Shown here in pieces: positions 9,734 through 20,066 of a stretch of 38,747 bases of DNA; the stretch's first letter is position 1, and every line of letters starts with the position of its first letter. A program made the position numbers and the translations under genes. Under the pieces are notes generated by a model. That model was given only the letters and a program-made list of their open reading frames with translations. It made no database searches and was not told the DNA's origin. The stretch spans positions 1 to 38,747 of the forward strand of contig JBDKUN010000026.1 of the NCBI GenBank assembly GCA_039679675.1. The letters run 5' to 3'. This DNA is from Armatimonadota bacterium. GTDB lineage: Bacteria > Armatimonadota > UBA5829 > DTLH01.

Positions 9734-10132
9734 ATGAGTGTTACGGATCCAGTAGCCGATCTTCTGACTCGGATCAGGAATGCCAACTCGGCGAATCATG
9801 ATGCGCTAGAAGCACCGGCATCGAAGCTCAATATGGAGATTATACGCATTCTCCAGTCTGAGGGCTTCATAAAGGGATATGAGATGGTCAAGGATGCAAA
9901 ATTCCCGACTGTCAGGATCCATTTAAAATACGGTTCAAAGAGAGAAAAGGTAATAACAAACCTGCAAAGAGTCAGTAAACCCGGTCTAAGGGTTTATAAG
10001 GGCAAGCAGGATCTTCCGCGCGTGCTTAGAGGTCTTGGGATCGCAATCGTAAGCACGTCAAAAGGTGTTATGACGGACAGAGATGCGCGCCGCCAGAAGG
10101 TCGGCGGTGAGGTTCTCTGCCACGTTTGGTAG
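9734..10132 (+). CDS. rpsH: 30S ribosomal protein S8
   Basis: [39 protein letters not shown]. Confidence 0.99.
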   Translation: MSVTDPVADLLTRIRNANSANHDALEAPASKLNMEIIRILQSEGFIKGYEMVKDAKFPTVRIHLKYGSKREKVITNLQRVSKPGLRVYKGKQDLPRVLRGLGIAIVSTSKGVMTDRDARRQKVGGEVLCHVW

Positions 10133-10212
10133 GCAGTGCGCAGGATGCACGGATGAGTCTTCAGGGCTCAAAGGACTACTGCAGACTGTGAATTGCTCTC
10201 GGGAGGATATAG

Positions 10213-10776
10213 ATGTCGAGAATTGGTAAGTTACCGGTCGTTGTGCCAGCAGGCGTTGAAGTGACGACCGATGACCATATCGTAAAAGTGAAGGGACCGA
10301 AAGGGGAGCTTTCCCAGGAGATCCATCCAGAGATAACTGTCCGGGTGGAGAATGGATCGGTACTTGTTGAGCGACCGAGCGATCAGGGATTCCACAGGTC
10401 GCTGCACGGGCTTACCCGCTCTCTGATTGCGAACATGGTCGAAGGCGTGACTAAGGGCTATGAGCGAGTACTCGAAATCCGCGGAGTTGGTTATCGAGCG
10501 CAGATGCAGGGCGATAATCTGGTTCTGCAGGTAGGTTACTCCCATCCAGTCGAAGTGACTCCGAAATCTGGAATTAGCTTTGAAGTCGGGCAGGATGTCA
10601 ATACGAGGCAGCCCTTTATCGTTGTCAGAGGAATTAACAAGCAGGTTGTAGGCCAGCAGGCTGCTGAGATTCGCAAAGTAAGAAAACCTGAACCTTATAA
10701 GGGCAAGGGAATACGTTACAGAGGCGAATATGTAAGGCTTAAGGCAGGAAAGCAAGGCAAGGCTGGAGTCAAGTAA
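10213..10776 (+). CDS. rplF: 50S ribosomal protein L6
   Basis: [36 protein letters not shown]. Confidence 0.99.
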   Translation: MSRIGKLPVVVPAGVEVTTDDHIVKVKGPKGELSQEIHPEITVRVENGSVLVERPSDQGFHRSLHGLTRSLIANMVEGVTKGYERVLEIRGVGYRAQMQGDNLVLQVGYSHPVEVTPKSGISFEVGQDVNTRQPFIVVRGINKQVVGQQAAEIRKVRKPEPYKGKGIRYRGEYVRLKAGKQGKAGVK

Positions 10777-10868
10777 TCAGCCTTTTTGCAAGGGTATCCG
10801 GCTGTAAATCATGGATTAGCAAATGGGACCTGGAGCTTTTCGTTTACACTCTGCATTAGGAGATCTTT

Positions 10869-11228
10869 ATGGACAAAAGAGAGGCGCTGAGGCAAAAGCG
10901 TCATAGAAGAGTAAGAAAAAAAGTTGCCGGCACAGCTGAGCAGCCGAGGCTCAACATATACAGGAGCCTGTGCAACATATATGCGCAAATTATTGATGAT
11001 ACACAGGCAGTGACTGTGGCTTCAGCCTCTACTATCGACCCTGAAATAAAGGGAAAGATAAAGACCGGCGGAAATATAGATTCTGCCAAGCTGGTTGGAG
11101 AAGCTGTTGCAAAGCGGGCCCTTGAGAAGGGGATCAAAAAAGTCGTCTTCGACCGAGGCGGTTATCAGTATCATGGCCGTGTACAATCACTCGCAGATGC
11201 CGCCCGCGAGGCAGGGCTGGAGTTTTAG
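10869..11228 (+). CDS. rplR: 50S ribosomal protein L18
   Basis: [38 protein letters not shown]. Confidence 0.99.
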   Translation: MDKREALRQKRHRRVRKKVAGTAEQPRLNIYRSLCNIYAQIIDDTQAVTVASASTIDPEIKGKIKTGGNIDSAKLVGEAVAKRALEKGIKKVVFDRGGYQYHGRVQSLADAAREAGLEF

Positions 11229-11236
11229 GAGGATAT

Positions 11237-11827
11237 ATGCCTAAGATCAATCCGGATACGCTTGATCTCACTGAGCAGGTCATAAGGACCAACAAGGTCC
11301 AGAAGACCCATAAGGGCGGACGGACGCTATCATGGAGCGTGCTTACTGCCGTCGGCGACAGGGCCGGGCATGTGGGCGTTGGCCTCGGAAAAGCTCGCGG
11401 CATCCCTGATGCCATCCGAAAGAGCATAGAGGCAGCTAAGAAGAATATCATAGACGTCCCGTTGGTAGGGGATACTATTCCGCACGAGATAGAAGTCTCG
11501 ATGGGAGCATCGACAGTGCTTCTCAAGCCGGCATCACCCGGAACCGGGGTTGTGGCTGGCGGAGCGGTCAGGCCGATATTGGAACTTGCGGGCCTGAGAG
11601 ATGTACTTGCGAAGTCGCATGGCTCAGGTAATCCTGTAAATACTGCCGCTGCGACGATTATCGCTCTAAAGCAGTTGAAGCAGGCCGATAAGGTTAGCGC
11701 TCTACGCGGTAAAAGCGTGGAAGAGATGGTACCCTGGCTGAAGAAACTCAATTTAATTGAAGAGCCGGGAACTGAGGAAGCAGTTGCTGAACCGGTCGCA
11801 GCAGCGGAAGGTTCAGAGAAGGAATAA
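11237..11827 (+). CDS. rpsE: 30S ribosomal protein S5
   Basis: KGGR..S, VGVGLGKA, LLKPASPGTGVVAGGAVR; acidic C-terminal extension. Confidence 0.99.
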   Translation: MPKINPDTLDLTEQVIRTNKVQKTHKGGRTLSWSVLTAVGDRAGHVGVGLGKARGIPDAIRKSIEAAKKNIIDVPLVGDTIPHEIEVSMGASTVLLKPASPGTGVVAGGAVRPILELAGLRDVLAKSHGSGNPVNTAAATIIALKQLKQADKVSALRGKSVEEMVPWLKKLNLIEEPGTEEAVAEPVAAAEGSEKE

Positions 11828-11870
11828 GACTTATTATTATAAGTCATAGGGACTTAAGAGGAACGACCAG

Positions 11871-12068
11871 ATGATTAAGATTACACTCAAGCGGAGCGTG
11901 ATCGGATTTAACGAGAAACAGCGCAGGACAGTACAGTCGCTCGGATTAGGGCGGGTCGGCTCGGCAGTAGTGCATGAAGAGACCCCTGTAATTCTCGGTA
12001 TGATTCGTAAAGTGCCTCATCTGCTCACGGTTGAGCAGCTTGAGGATCCGGTGGAGGGCAGCAAGTAA
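11871..12068 (+). CDS. rpmD: 50S ribosomal protein L30
   Basis: [11 protein letters not shown]...TVQSLGL...[10 protein letters not shown]. Confidence 0.98.
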   Translation: MIKITLKRSVIGFNEKQRRTVQSLGLGRVGSAVVHEETPVILGMIRKVPHLLTVEQLEDPVEGSK

Positions 12069-12508
12069 TGAAGTTGGCGGATCTAGGACCGGCTACCCCG
12101 CAAAAAGACAGGAAACGTATCGGTCGCGGTATTGGTACCGGACAAGGCAAGACTGCCGGCAAGGGCAGTAAGGGCCAGAAGGCAAGAAATACTGTTAGAC
12201 CGGGCTTCGAAGGCGGACAGACTCCTCTTCACAGAAGACTTCCGCATATGAAGGGCTTTAATAATAGCAGATTCAGGAAAGTGTATTCGATAGTAAACCT
12301 CGAACAGCTCGAAAAACTCGATGCCGGAACGGAAGTAACACCAGAACTTCTTTCTGAATTGGGAATTGTAAAGAAGCTGGAGGATGGACTGAAAGTGCTT
12401 GCTGATGGCGAGCTCACAAAAGCTATGACCGTTAAAGCACATAAATTCAGCAAAGTTGCCGAGGAGAAAATCAAAGCTGCGGGCGGAAGCACGGAGGTAA
12501 TACCGTAA
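12068..12508 (+). CDS. rplO: 50S ribosomal protein L15
   Basis: [31 protein letters not shown]. Confidence 0.99.
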   Translation: MKLADLGPATPQKDRKRIGRGIGTGQGKTAGKGSKGQKARNTVRPGFEGGQTPLHRRLPHMKGFNNSRFRKVYSIVNLEQLEKLDAGTEVTPELLSELGIVKKLEDGLKVLADGELTKAMTVKAHKFSKVAEEKIKAAGGSTEVIP

Positions 12509-13794
12509 TGCTGAAATCGCTTCTGGATGCTTTTAAGGTGCCGGATCTGAAGAAACGAATACTTTTTGTGTTCGCAATGTTCGGGATCTTTGTAGTTGGG
12601 GTTCATATTCCTGTAGGTGTAGACTCAACTGCTCTAAAAGATCTGGCTGAGCGTGGTGGTATGCTTGGCCTGATCGATATGTTCACCGGCGGAGCTTTCA
12701 AAAAGTTCTCCATCTTTGCGCTTGGTATAATACCTTATATTAACGCATCCATTATCATGCAGTTGCTTACGATGGCAATACCGCAGCTTGCAGATTTACA
12801 GAAAGAAGGAGAGCCAGGCCAGAAGAAGATCAGATTATGGACTCGCTGGATGACCGGCGCACTTTCGATATTGCAGGCTGCAGGTATGGCAGCATGGTTA
12901 AACAAAGCTGCCGGTGGGAACGCAATCGTCGGAATGCAGTGGGTGCAGGTCGTACTAACACTTGCTGCAGGAACAGCGTTTTTGATGTGGCTTGGTGAGA
13001 TGATCACCGACAAAGGGATCGGAAACGGTGTATCCCTTATCATATTCGCAGGTATCGTAGCTATGTTGCCGTTCCAGTTGCAGACCGTATGGGCGCAACT
13101 CGATGCTGGCGTCATTAACTGGGGTAATGCGGTTGGGCTGATCGCTGTATTCGTGCTTACGATTATGGCTATCGTTGCTGTGACCCTTGCTCAGAGAAAG
13201 ATACCGATACAACACGTAAAACGTGTTGTTGGAAACAAGATATACGGTGGACAGAGTTCGTATCTGCCTTTAAAAGTGAACTCAGCTGGTGTTATTCCAA
13301 TTATCTTTGCGATATCGCTTCTGATGTTCCCTCAAACGATAGCACAGTTTCTGCCTGCGACAGGGGGAAGCAAAATTGTATCGTTTGTAAGAGACGCAGC
13401 AGTCGTCATTTCGCCGGGAAGGCATATCGTAGGCTCGCTTATTTATGCGGCTCTAATTATCTTCTTCACATATTTCTATACCGCAATTATGTTCAATGTT
13501 CCGGAAGTTGCGGATAACCTGAAGAAATGGGGCAGCTTTATACCAGGTATAAGACCTGGCAAGCCTACGATGGAATATCTTGACAAGGTTATGACCAGAA
13601 TAACTCTTGCGGGAGCTGTTTTCCTTGCTATAATTGCACTGGCGCAGTATTATTTACCGCAATGGATTGGTGTAACAGGGTTTACACTATTGGGTGGAAC
13701 ATCACTCCTGATCGTAGTCGGTGTAGCGCTTGAAACGATGCAGGCAATAGAAGCTCAGCTCACAATGCGACACTACGAAGGGTTTATTAAGTAG
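12508..13794 (+). CDS. secY: Preprotein translocase subunit SecY
   Basis: FSIFALGIIPYINASIIMQL, GIGNGVSLIIF, IPGIRPG, GGTSLLIVVGV. Confidence 0.99.
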   Translation: MLKSLLDAFKVPDLKKRILFVFAMFGIFVVGVHIPVGVDSTALKDLAERGGMLGLIDMFTGGAFKKFSIFALGIIPYINASIIMQLLTMAIPQLADLQKEGEPGQKKIRLWTRWMTGALSILQAAGMAAWLNKAAGGNAIVGMQWVQVVLTLAAGTAFLMWLGEMITDKGIGNGVSLIIFAGIVAMLPFQLQTVWAQLDAGVINWGNAVGLIAVFVLTIMAIVAVTLAQRKIPIQHVKRVVGNKIYGGQSSYLPLKVNSAGVIPIIFAISLLMFPQTIAQFLPATGGSKIVSFVRDAAVVISPGRHIVGSLIYAALIIFFTYFYTAIMFNVPEVADNLKKWGSFIPGIRPGKPTMEYLDKVMTRITLAGAVFLAIIALAQYYLPQWIGVTGFTLLGGTSLLIVVGVALETMQAIEAQLTMRHYEGFIK

Positions 13795-13806
13795 ATCAGT
13801 AAGTAT

Positions 13807-13856
13807 AAGCAGCGAGCGTCGAGAATTATAAATGCGGTTCTTGCCGCTCGCAGCTT
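13807..13856. other. Long imperfect hairpin in the secY-adk spacer
   Basis: AAGC-A-GCGAGCG..GAGAATT / GGTTCTT..CGCTCGC-A-GCTT; no U-tract. Confidence 0.6.
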
Positions 13857-13882
13857 GAGATAAAGATTTTAGGGGATACAAT

Positions 13883-14524
13883 TTGCGGATAGTATTGTTC
13901 GGACCGCCTGGAGCCGGCAAAGGCACACAGGCGGTACGTTTGAGTGAGAAGTTTAATGCAGCCCATATCTCTACGGGAGACATCCTTAGAGAGTCCGTAT
14001 CAAAAGGTACGGAGATAGGGCTCAAAGCAAAGGGCTATATGGACCGGGGCGAGCTGGTCCCGGATGAAGTTGTCATTGAAATAGCAAAGCAGAAACTGGC
14101 TGAAGTTGGCAAGTCCGGTTTCATATTGGACGGCTTTCCACGGACTGTTCCGCAGGCTGAAGCTCTTGATGTGGTCCTTTCTGAACTAGCTCTGCCAATA
14201 GAAGCAGTTGTAAGCCTGCAAGTGTCGGATGATGAGCTTGTAAAGCGTCTTTCAGGACGCAGAGTATGCGCAGAATGCAGCCGTCCGGCACAAGTTGAAA
14301 TGACTGAGCAGGGGAAAGAAGCTGCATGTAAGGCCTGTGGTGGTGAAATGGTCCAGAGAGCCGATGATAAACCGGAAGCGGTTTTGAACAGGCTTAAAGT
14401 CTATGAGAAATCGACTGCTCCGCTTATAGATTACTACCGCAGCCGCAGTTTGTTGAAAGATATAGATGCATCCGGACCGGTAGAGCAAGTATTTATGAGA
14501 GTTGTAGATGCTCTAAAGAAATGA
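13883..14524 (+). CDS. adk: Adenylate kinase (zinc-binding LID)
   Basis: [33 protein letters not shown]...CKAC. Confidence 0.99.
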   Translation: MRIVLFGPPGAGKGTQAVRLSEKFNAAHISTGDILRESVSKGTEIGLKAKGYMDRGELVPDEVVIEIAKQKLAEVGKSGFILDGFPRTVPQAEALDVVLSELALPIEAVVSLQVSDDELVKRLSGRRVCAECSRPAQVEMTEQGKEAACKACGGEMVQRADDKPEAVLNRLKVYEKSTAPLIDYYRSRSLLKDIDASGPVEQVFMRVVDALKK

Positions 14525-15291
14525 TCAAGATTAAGAGTCAGGAAGAAATCGAGAAAATGAGAGTTGCTGGGCGGCTAGTTGCCCAGACGCTGGAAGCTGT
14601 GGTTGCTTCGATTATCCCTGGAAAGACCAGGACAATCGATCTTGATATTCTTGCTGAATATTTGATAACTGAACATGGCGGAACCCCTTCTTTCAAAGGT
14701 TATAATGGCTATCCGGCTTCCATATGTACTTCGGTGAATGAGGAAGTCGTCCATGGTATTCCAGGAGACAGGATTCTTCAGCCGGGTGATATAGTCGGGT
14801 TGGACCTTGGAGCGATCGTGAATGGCTACCATGGAGATTCAACAGTGACTGCTCCTGTTGGCGAGGTATCTGATGAAGCGAAAAACCTTCTTAAGGTAAC
14901 TAGAGAATCGCTTTTTAAGGGAATTGAAATGGCAAAAGCCGGAAATCGGATCGGTGATATAGCTCATGCGATACAAGTGTATGCCGAAAGCAGAGGCTAC
15001 TCGATTGTGAGAGAACTTGTGGGACATGGAATTGGTTCCAGAATGCATGAGGACCCGCAAGTGCCGAACTATGGAAAACCAGGGCACGGGGAAGTTCTCC
15101 GACCCGGAATGACCCTGGCGATAGAACCGATGGTAAACGTCGGGGACTATAGAGTGAAGCAATTGTCCGATGGTTGGACATATATCACCAAGGATAGGAA
15201 ACTATCCGCTCATTTTGAGCATACAGTGGTTATTACGGATGGAAAACCGGAGATACTCACGTTAAGACGTGAGGAAGGAGCGAGGCAATAG
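14521..15291 (+). CDS. map: Type I methionine aminopeptidase
   Basis: [38 protein letters not shown]. Confidence 0.99.
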   Translation: MIKIKSQEEIEKMRVAGRLVAQTLEAVVASIIPGKTRTIDLDILAEYLITEHGGTPSFKGYNGYPASICTSVNEEVVHGIPGDRILQPGDIVGLDLGAIVNGYHGDSTVTAPVGEVSDEAKNLLKVTRESLFKGIEMAKAGNRIGDIAHAIQVYAESRGYSIVRELVGHGIGSRMHEDPQVPNYGKPGHGEVLRPGMTLAIEPMVNVGDYRVKQLSDGWTYITKDRKLSAHFEHTVVITDGKPEILTLRREEGARQ

Positions 15292-15296
15292 TTAAA

Positions 15297-15515
15297 GTGG
15301 CCAAAGAGAAGGCGATTGAAGTCGAGGGTGTAGTAACGGAGACTCTACCTAATGCTGTGTTTCGGATTGAGCTTTCGAACGGGCATAAGGTGCTTGCTCA
15401 CGTCTCGGGAAAAATCCGCATGCACTTCATTAAGATTTTGCCCGGCGACAGGGTGTTGGTGGAGTTATCTCCATATGATCTGTCCAGAGGCAGGATAATA
15501 TACAGGTATAAGTAA
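15297..15515 (+). CDS. infA: Translation initiation factor IF-1
   Basis: [39 protein letters not shown]. Confidence 0.99.
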   Translation: MAKEKAIEVEGVVTETLPNAVFRIELSNGHKVLAHVSGKIRMHFIKILPGDRVLVELSPYDLSRGRIIYRYK

Positions 15516-15584
15516 GTTAGCGGGCAGGATAGCGAGAATGGCAGTTATATCTTGCAATCATGGCTCGCATCCAGGAGAGTTACA

Positions 15585-15701
15585 TTGAAGGTTAGAGCTT
15601 CAGTAAAAAAGATGTGTGATAAATGCAAGATCATTAAACGGGAAGGCGTCCTGAGAGTGATCTGCAAGCAGTACCCCAAGCATAAGCAGAGGCAGGGGTA
15701 A
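15585..15701 (+). CDS. rpmJ: 50S ribosomal protein L36 (not in the ORF track)
   Basis: Manual translation from TTG 15585: [45 protein letters not shown]. Confidence 0.98.
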   Translation: MKVRASVKKMCDKCKIIKREGVLRVICKQYPKHKQRQG

Positions 15702-15707
15702 TTTTGG

Positions 15708-15781
15708 CCGAGGGCTGAGCGATGAGTGATGAGAATTGAGCTTTTGTCTTGGAACTCAGAACCTGATACTCAGAACTGATC
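15708..15781. repeat. Degenerate heptamer repeat hairpin (rpmJ-rpsM spacer)
   Basis: CCGAGGG CTGAGCG ATGAGTG ATGAGAA TTGAGCT, then AACTCAG AACCTGA TACTCAG AACTGAT. Confidence 0.7.
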
Positions 15782-15800
15782 AAATGGAGGTAGGCTAGAC

Positions 15801-16178
15801 TTGGCAAGAATTGCGGGAGTAGACCTTCCGAGGGACAAGCGAATAGAAGTAGCCCTGACGTATATTTTCGGTATCGGATTGACTTCGAGCAAGAAGATCA
15901 TAGAAGAAGCCGGAATATCCTCAGATACTCGTGTACGTGACCTGACAGAGGGCGAAGTATCTAAGCTGAGAGAAGTTATCGAACGTGAGTATCAGGTTGA
16001 AGGAGACCTGAGACGGCAGCTTTCGATGAGTATCAGACGGCTTATAGAAATCGGCTCTTACAGAGGGATCCGCCACAGAAGAGGGCTTCCAGTTCGCGGT
16101 CAGCGCACCAGCACCAATGCTCGAACCAGAAAAGGTCCGAGACGAACGGTCGGTGTAAGACGGAAGAAAGGTAAATAG
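15801..16178 (+). CDS. rpsM: 30S ribosomal protein S13
   Basis: [35 protein letters not shown]. Confidence 0.99.
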   Translation: MARIAGVDLPRDKRIEVALTYIFGIGLTSSKKIIEEAGISSDTRVRDLTEGEVSKLREVIEREYQVEGDLRRQLSMSIRRLIEIGSYRGIRHRRGLPVRGQRTSTNARTRKGPRRTVGVRRKKGK

Positions 16179-16261
16179 AGTGAAGTGAAGGTTTGTAGTG
16201 GATCGGATTCCTGGTCTGCTCACGGCCTTCGATCTTTAACTCGTAATAGGGGGATTCAGGC

Positions 16262-16660
16262 TTGGTAAGAAAAGCAACGACGACTGGTAGGGGCAAGGCC
16301 AAAGAGAAGAAGAATATAGCTCTTGGTATTGCTCACATCCAGAGCACGTTCAATAATACGATTGTGTCGATCTCTGACACGCAGGGAAATCTCCTTTCGT
16401 GGGCGAGTGCTGGCACGGTCGGATTCAAGGGAACAAAGAAGGGAACACCGTTTGCAGCCCAGATGGCGGCTGAATCCGCTGCCAGAAGAGCTATGGAGCA
16501 TGGGCTGAAACGAGTGGATGTATATGTGAAGGGGCCCGGATCGGGCCGTGAAACGGCGATACGGTCATTGCAGGCTGTCGGACTGGAAGTAAGTCTCATA
16601 AAAGACGTTACTCCCATTCCGCATAATGGGTGCAGACCGCCAAAACGGCGCCGGGTGTAA
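16262..16660 (+). CDS. rpsK: 30S ribosomal protein S11
   Basis: [35 protein letters not shown]. Confidence 0.99.
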   Translation: MVRKATTTGRGKAKEKKNIALGIAHIQSTFNNTIVSISDTQGNLLSWASAGTVGFKGTKKGTPFAAQMAAESAARRAMEHGLKRVDVYVKGPGSGRETAIRSLQAVGLEVSLIKDVTPIPHNGCRPPKRRRV

Positions 16661-16684
16661 GACTTCAAGGAGAATACACAGGAT

Positions 16685-17323
16685 ATGGCAACTCAGGGAG
16701 CGCCCGTCTGCAGACTGTGCAGGCGAGAAGGTGAGAAGCTCTACTTAAAGGGAGACAAGTGCTTCTCCCGTAAGTGTCCGGTAGAGCGTCGTCCGTATGC
16801 GCCGGGTCAGCACGGCCAAGGCAGGCAGGGGCGACAGCAGAAGCTATCGGATTACGGAATACAGCTTCGCGAAAAACAGAAAATGCGCAGAATATATGGC
16901 GTGCGCGAAACACAGTTCCGCAACTATATGAAGGAAGCGGTCAGACGCCGTGGCGTCACCGGCGAGATCCTGCTTCAGATTATCGAATGCAGACTCGACA
17001 ATGTAGTCTACAGGCTTGGTATTGCATCTTCAAGAGCACAAGCTCGACAATTTGTGAGCCATGGGCACATACTCGTGAACGGGCGTCGGGTCAACATAGC
17101 GTCGTACCTCGTAAAACCTGGTGAAACGATTGAGGTCAGGGAGAGTGGCCGGAGTATTCAGCCGATTCTTTCTTCAATCGAAAGCTCAGGTGGAAGAGCT
17201 CTTCCGGCATGGTTGCAGTTTGACGCTAATCAGATGAGAGGGACGGTACTCTCAATGCCGGTCCGCGATGAGATTGATACGGACGTCCAAGAATCTCTGA
17301 TCGTAGAGTTCTATTCGAGATAA
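16685..17323 (+). CDS. rpsD: 30S ribosomal protein S4 (Cys/zinc form)
   Basis: [44 protein letters not shown]. Confidence 0.99.
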   Translation: MATQGAPVCRLCRREGEKLYLKGDKCFSRKCPVERRPYAPGQHGQGRQGRQQKLSDYGIQLREKQKMRRIYGVRETQFRNYMKEAVRRRGVTGEILLQIIECRLDNVVYRLGIASSRAQARQFVSHGHILVNGRRVNIASYLVKPGETIEVRESGRSIQPILSSIESSGGRALPAWLQFDANQMRGTVLSMPVRDEIDTDVQESLIVEFYSR

Positions 17324-17341
17324 GGACGGAGTGTAATCTAT

Positions 17342-18403
17342 ATGGATATGGTAACGCCACGCATTGAGATACTGGAAGAAAACGAGACATACGGCAAGTT
17401 CGTGATAGAGCCGCAGGAACATGGCTTCGGCACTACTATCGGTAATGCTCTTCGCCGCGTCATGCTCTCGTCGATTCCGGGTGCTGCGGTAACTACGATT
17501 AAGATCGATGGCGTGCTGCACGAGTTCTCGACGATACCGGGCGTGAAAGAAGATACGACCGAACTCATTCTGAATCTGCGTGAGCTGAATGTCAGAATGA
17601 TCCAAGACGGTACAGGCAGGCCGGAACCAAAAGTAATCGAGATTGATGTGCATGGGCCGGGCGATGTAACCGGAGCGGATATAAAGACTCCGCCAGAGAT
17701 AGAGGTAGCGAATCCGGAAGTCCACATTGCGACGCTGGATGACGAGACAGCTCATCTCAAGATGGAGATGACGGTCGAAGTCGGAAGAGGCTATGTGCCG
17801 CCCGACAAGCAAGAGCGTGCCAAACAGACTATCGGCTTGATCCCGATAGGCGCGGTATTCAGCCCTGTGAGGAAGGTGAGCTATAATGTAGAGCCTACCC
17901 GCGTTGGCCATAAGACCGATTATGACAGGCTTGTGCTTGAGGTCTGGACGAATGGCACGATAATGCCGAGCGATGCTATAAGTGACGCTGCAAAGATTCT
18001 TGATAAGCATCTCAGACTGTTCTTCGAATTTTCGAGCAGTCCGAGAGCTGGGTTCGTTGATTTCGGTGTGGACGGCCAGATGGCAGGTCCGCAGGCTCCG
18101 GATGCCCGGATCGAGGAACTGGATTTCTCAGTCCGAACTTACAATTGCTTGAAGAAAGCCAACATCTTGACCATAGGTGAGCTTGTACAGTACAGTGAAG
18201 TCGACCTGATGACCATCAGGAACTTCGGTAGGAAGTCGCTTACTGAGGTCAAGGAGAAATTGGACATGCTTGGGCTGAGTCTAAGAAAATCCAAAGACGG
18301 CGGGCCGGGGATAGCAATTGAAGAATCCGAAGATGAGATTGACGAAGCCGCTGGCGAATCAGAGGATCTTGATACGACACCGGACGAAGAGGAAGAGGAA
18401 TAG
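17342..18403 (+). CDS. rpoA: DNA-directed RNA polymerase subunit alpha
   Basis: GFGTTIGNALRR, GVLHEFSTIPGVKED, alpha-CTD SVRTYNCLK...RNFGRKSL; acidic tail. Confidence 0.99.
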   Translation: MDMVTPRIEILEENETYGKFVIEPQEHGFGTTIGNALRRVMLSSIPGAAVTTIKIDGVLHEFSTIPGVKEDTTELILNLRELNVRMIQDGTGRPEPKVIEIDVHGPGDVTGADIKTPPEIEVANPEVHIATLDDETAHLKMEMTVEVGRGYVPPDKQERAKQTIGLIPIGAVFSPVRKVSYNVEPTRVGHKTDYDRLVLEVWTNGTIMPSDAISDAAKILDKHLRLFFEFSSSPRAGFVDFGVDGQMAGPQAPDARIEELDFSVRTYNCLKKANILTIGELVQYSEVDLMTIRNFGRKSLTEVKEKLDMLGLSLRKSKDGGPGIAIEESEDEIDEAAGESEDLDTTPDEEEEE

Positions 18404-18442
18404 CTTCACCGGAAACACCTGATGAAGGTAGGTTAACTTAGG

Positions 18443-18802
18443 ATGCGACATAGAGTAGCTGGAAGGAAATTCGATCTGCCGACAGATCAGAGGTTAGCAC
18501 TTCTAAGAGGGCTGGTTCGATCACTCCTTCTGCATGAAAAAATAGAAACGACTGAAACGCGAGCCAAGGATGTACGCAGCATTGCTGAAAAAGTCATAAC
18601 AGTGGCTAAAGATAACTCGCTGCATGCACGGCGGCAGGCAAGGAAGTTGCTGAATGACGAGGATCTCGTCAAGAAGCTCTTTGACCAGATCGCGCCCAAA
18701 TTTGCTGATCGTCCGGGTGGTTACACTCGGATAATAAAGATCGGCTTCAGACGCGGTGACTCTGCTCCGATGGTCAAGCTGGAACTGGCTACGGAGGAAT
18801 AG
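18443..18802 (+). CDS. rplQ: 50S ribosomal protein L17
   Basis: [32 protein letters not shown]. Confidence 0.99.
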   Translation: MRHRVAGRKFDLPTDQRLALLRGLVRSLLLHEKIETTETRAKDVRSIAEKVITVAKDNSLHARRQARKLLNDEDLVKKLFDQIAPKFADRPGGYTRIIKIGFRRGDSAPMVKLELATEE

Positions 18803-18809
18803 CTTTATG

Positions 18810-18887
18810 GCTGTCAGCAGTCAGTAATCGGCTGTCAGGTTATGGAGACAGTTGATATACTGATGGCTGATAGCTAATGGCTGATAA
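18810..18887. repeat. 4x7 / 4x7 inverted heptamer repeat (rplQ-truA spacer)
   Basis: GCTGTCA GCAGTCA GTAATCG GCTGTCA (from 18810) and CTGATGG CTGATAG CTAATGG CTGATAA (18860-18887). Confidence 0.8.
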
Positions 18888-18889
18888 TT

Positions 18890-19624
18890 ATGCATAATAT
18901 CAAAGTAGTCGTTGAATATGATGGGACTGACTACTTTGGATTCCAGAAGCAGCCGGGGATGCGGACAATTCAGGGAGAACTTGAATGTGTGCTGACCCGG
19001 ATAACGAAAGAACCGATAAGTGTATACGGAGCCGGTAGGACTGATGCCGGAGTTCATGCCGAAGGGCAGGTAATAAACTTTAAGACCGGGGGCACGATCC
19101 CGACGAAAAATATCGTCGTCGCGTTGAATTCGATGCTTCCAAAGGATATTGTAGCAAAAGATGCGAGCGAAGTGCCTGGAGAGTTTCATTCCAGGTATTC
19201 AGCCAAATCCAGAGTCTACAAATATGTTGTCTTAAACGATGTGATTCCATCGGCGATTTCTGGGAGGTTCGTCTGGTGTTTTCCATATAAGCTGGATGAG
19301 ACTGTGATGAACCGAGCAGCCGAAGCACTTCTGGGAGTGCATGATTTCACATCGTTTTCCGCGGCAGGTGCAGATACTCCGCACCGGGTTCGCGAAATGA
19401 AGAAACTTACCGTTCATCGGAGCGGTAAGCATATAATATTCGATATCGAAGCAAACGCCTTTCTGCACAGCATGGCGAGGATAATCGTGGGAACGCTCAC
19501 GGATGTAGGGCAGGGAAGGCTGGAGTCGAAGGATATAACAAGAATATTAGAAGCAAAGGACCGGCGGCTGGCCGGCAAGACAGCGCCCCCTTCCGGGTTG
19601 TCGCTGATGGAGGTTACATATTAG
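18890..19624 (+). CDS. truA: tRNA pseudouridine(38-40) synthase
   Basis: YDGTDYFGFQ, GAGRTDAGVHA, HDFTSF, FLHSMARIIVG, TAPPSGL. Confidence 0.98.
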   Translation: MHNIKVVVEYDGTDYFGFQKQPGMRTIQGELECVLTRITKEPISVYGAGRTDAGVHAEGQVINFKTGGTIPTKNIVVALNSMLPKDIVAKDASEVPGEFHSRYSAKSRVYKYVVLNDVIPSAISGRFVWCFPYKLDETVMNRAAEALLGVHDFTSFSAAGADTPHRVREMKKLTVHRSGKHIIFDIEANAFLHSMARIIVGTLTDVGQGRLESKDITRILEAKDRRLAGKTAPPSGLSLMEVTY

Positions 19625-19625
19625 A

Positions 19626-20054
19626 ATGAGAACATATCAGGCTAAGCCACAAGAAATCGAGAGAAAATGGTATGTGGTGGATGCTGCTGATAAGCCGGTC
19701 GGCAGGGTTGCCTCCCAGGTCGCAAAGATTTTGAGGGGCAAGAACAAGCCGATCTTTACTCCGCACGTTGATACGGGTGACTTCGTGGTCATCGTAAATG
19801 CGTCGAAGGCAAGATTGAGTGGAACAAACAAGCCGGACGAATTGATTTATTGGCATACGATGTACCCAGGCGGACTGCGAAGTATAAGCCGTGGAAAGCT
19901 GCTACAAGAGCGGCCGGACCGGACTATCACCAGGGCGGTCAAGGGGATGCTGCCGCACAATAAGCTCGGCGCGCAAATACTGCGCAAGCTCAAAGTGTAT
20001 GCAGGCCCGGAGCACCCGCACGAAGCGCAAATGCCTGAAAAGTTGGAAATCTAG
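19626..20054 (+). CDS. rplM: 50S ribosomal protein L13
   Basis: RKWYVVDA, LRGKNKPIFTPHVDTGD, AVKGMLP, LKVYAGPEHPH. Confidence 0.99.
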   Translation: MRTYQAKPQEIERKWYVVDAADKPVGRVASQVAKILRGKNKPIFTPHVDTGDFVVIVNASKARLSGTNKPDELIYWHTMYPGGLRSISRGKLLQERPDRTITRAVKGMLPHNKLGAQILRKLKVYAGPEHPHEAQMPEKLEI

Positions 20055-20066
20055 GAGGAAGATCCT

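Noticed and set aside
3375..18010. Numerous minus-strand ORFs over the r-protein genes (e.g. 3375-4160, 11134-11847, 17252-18010)
   Set aside because: Antisense to unambiguous housekeeping genes; no independent coding signal
128..18887. CRISPR array interpretation of the spacer repeats
   Set aside because: Units are contiguous degenerate 7-mers with no unique spacers, and no cas genes are present
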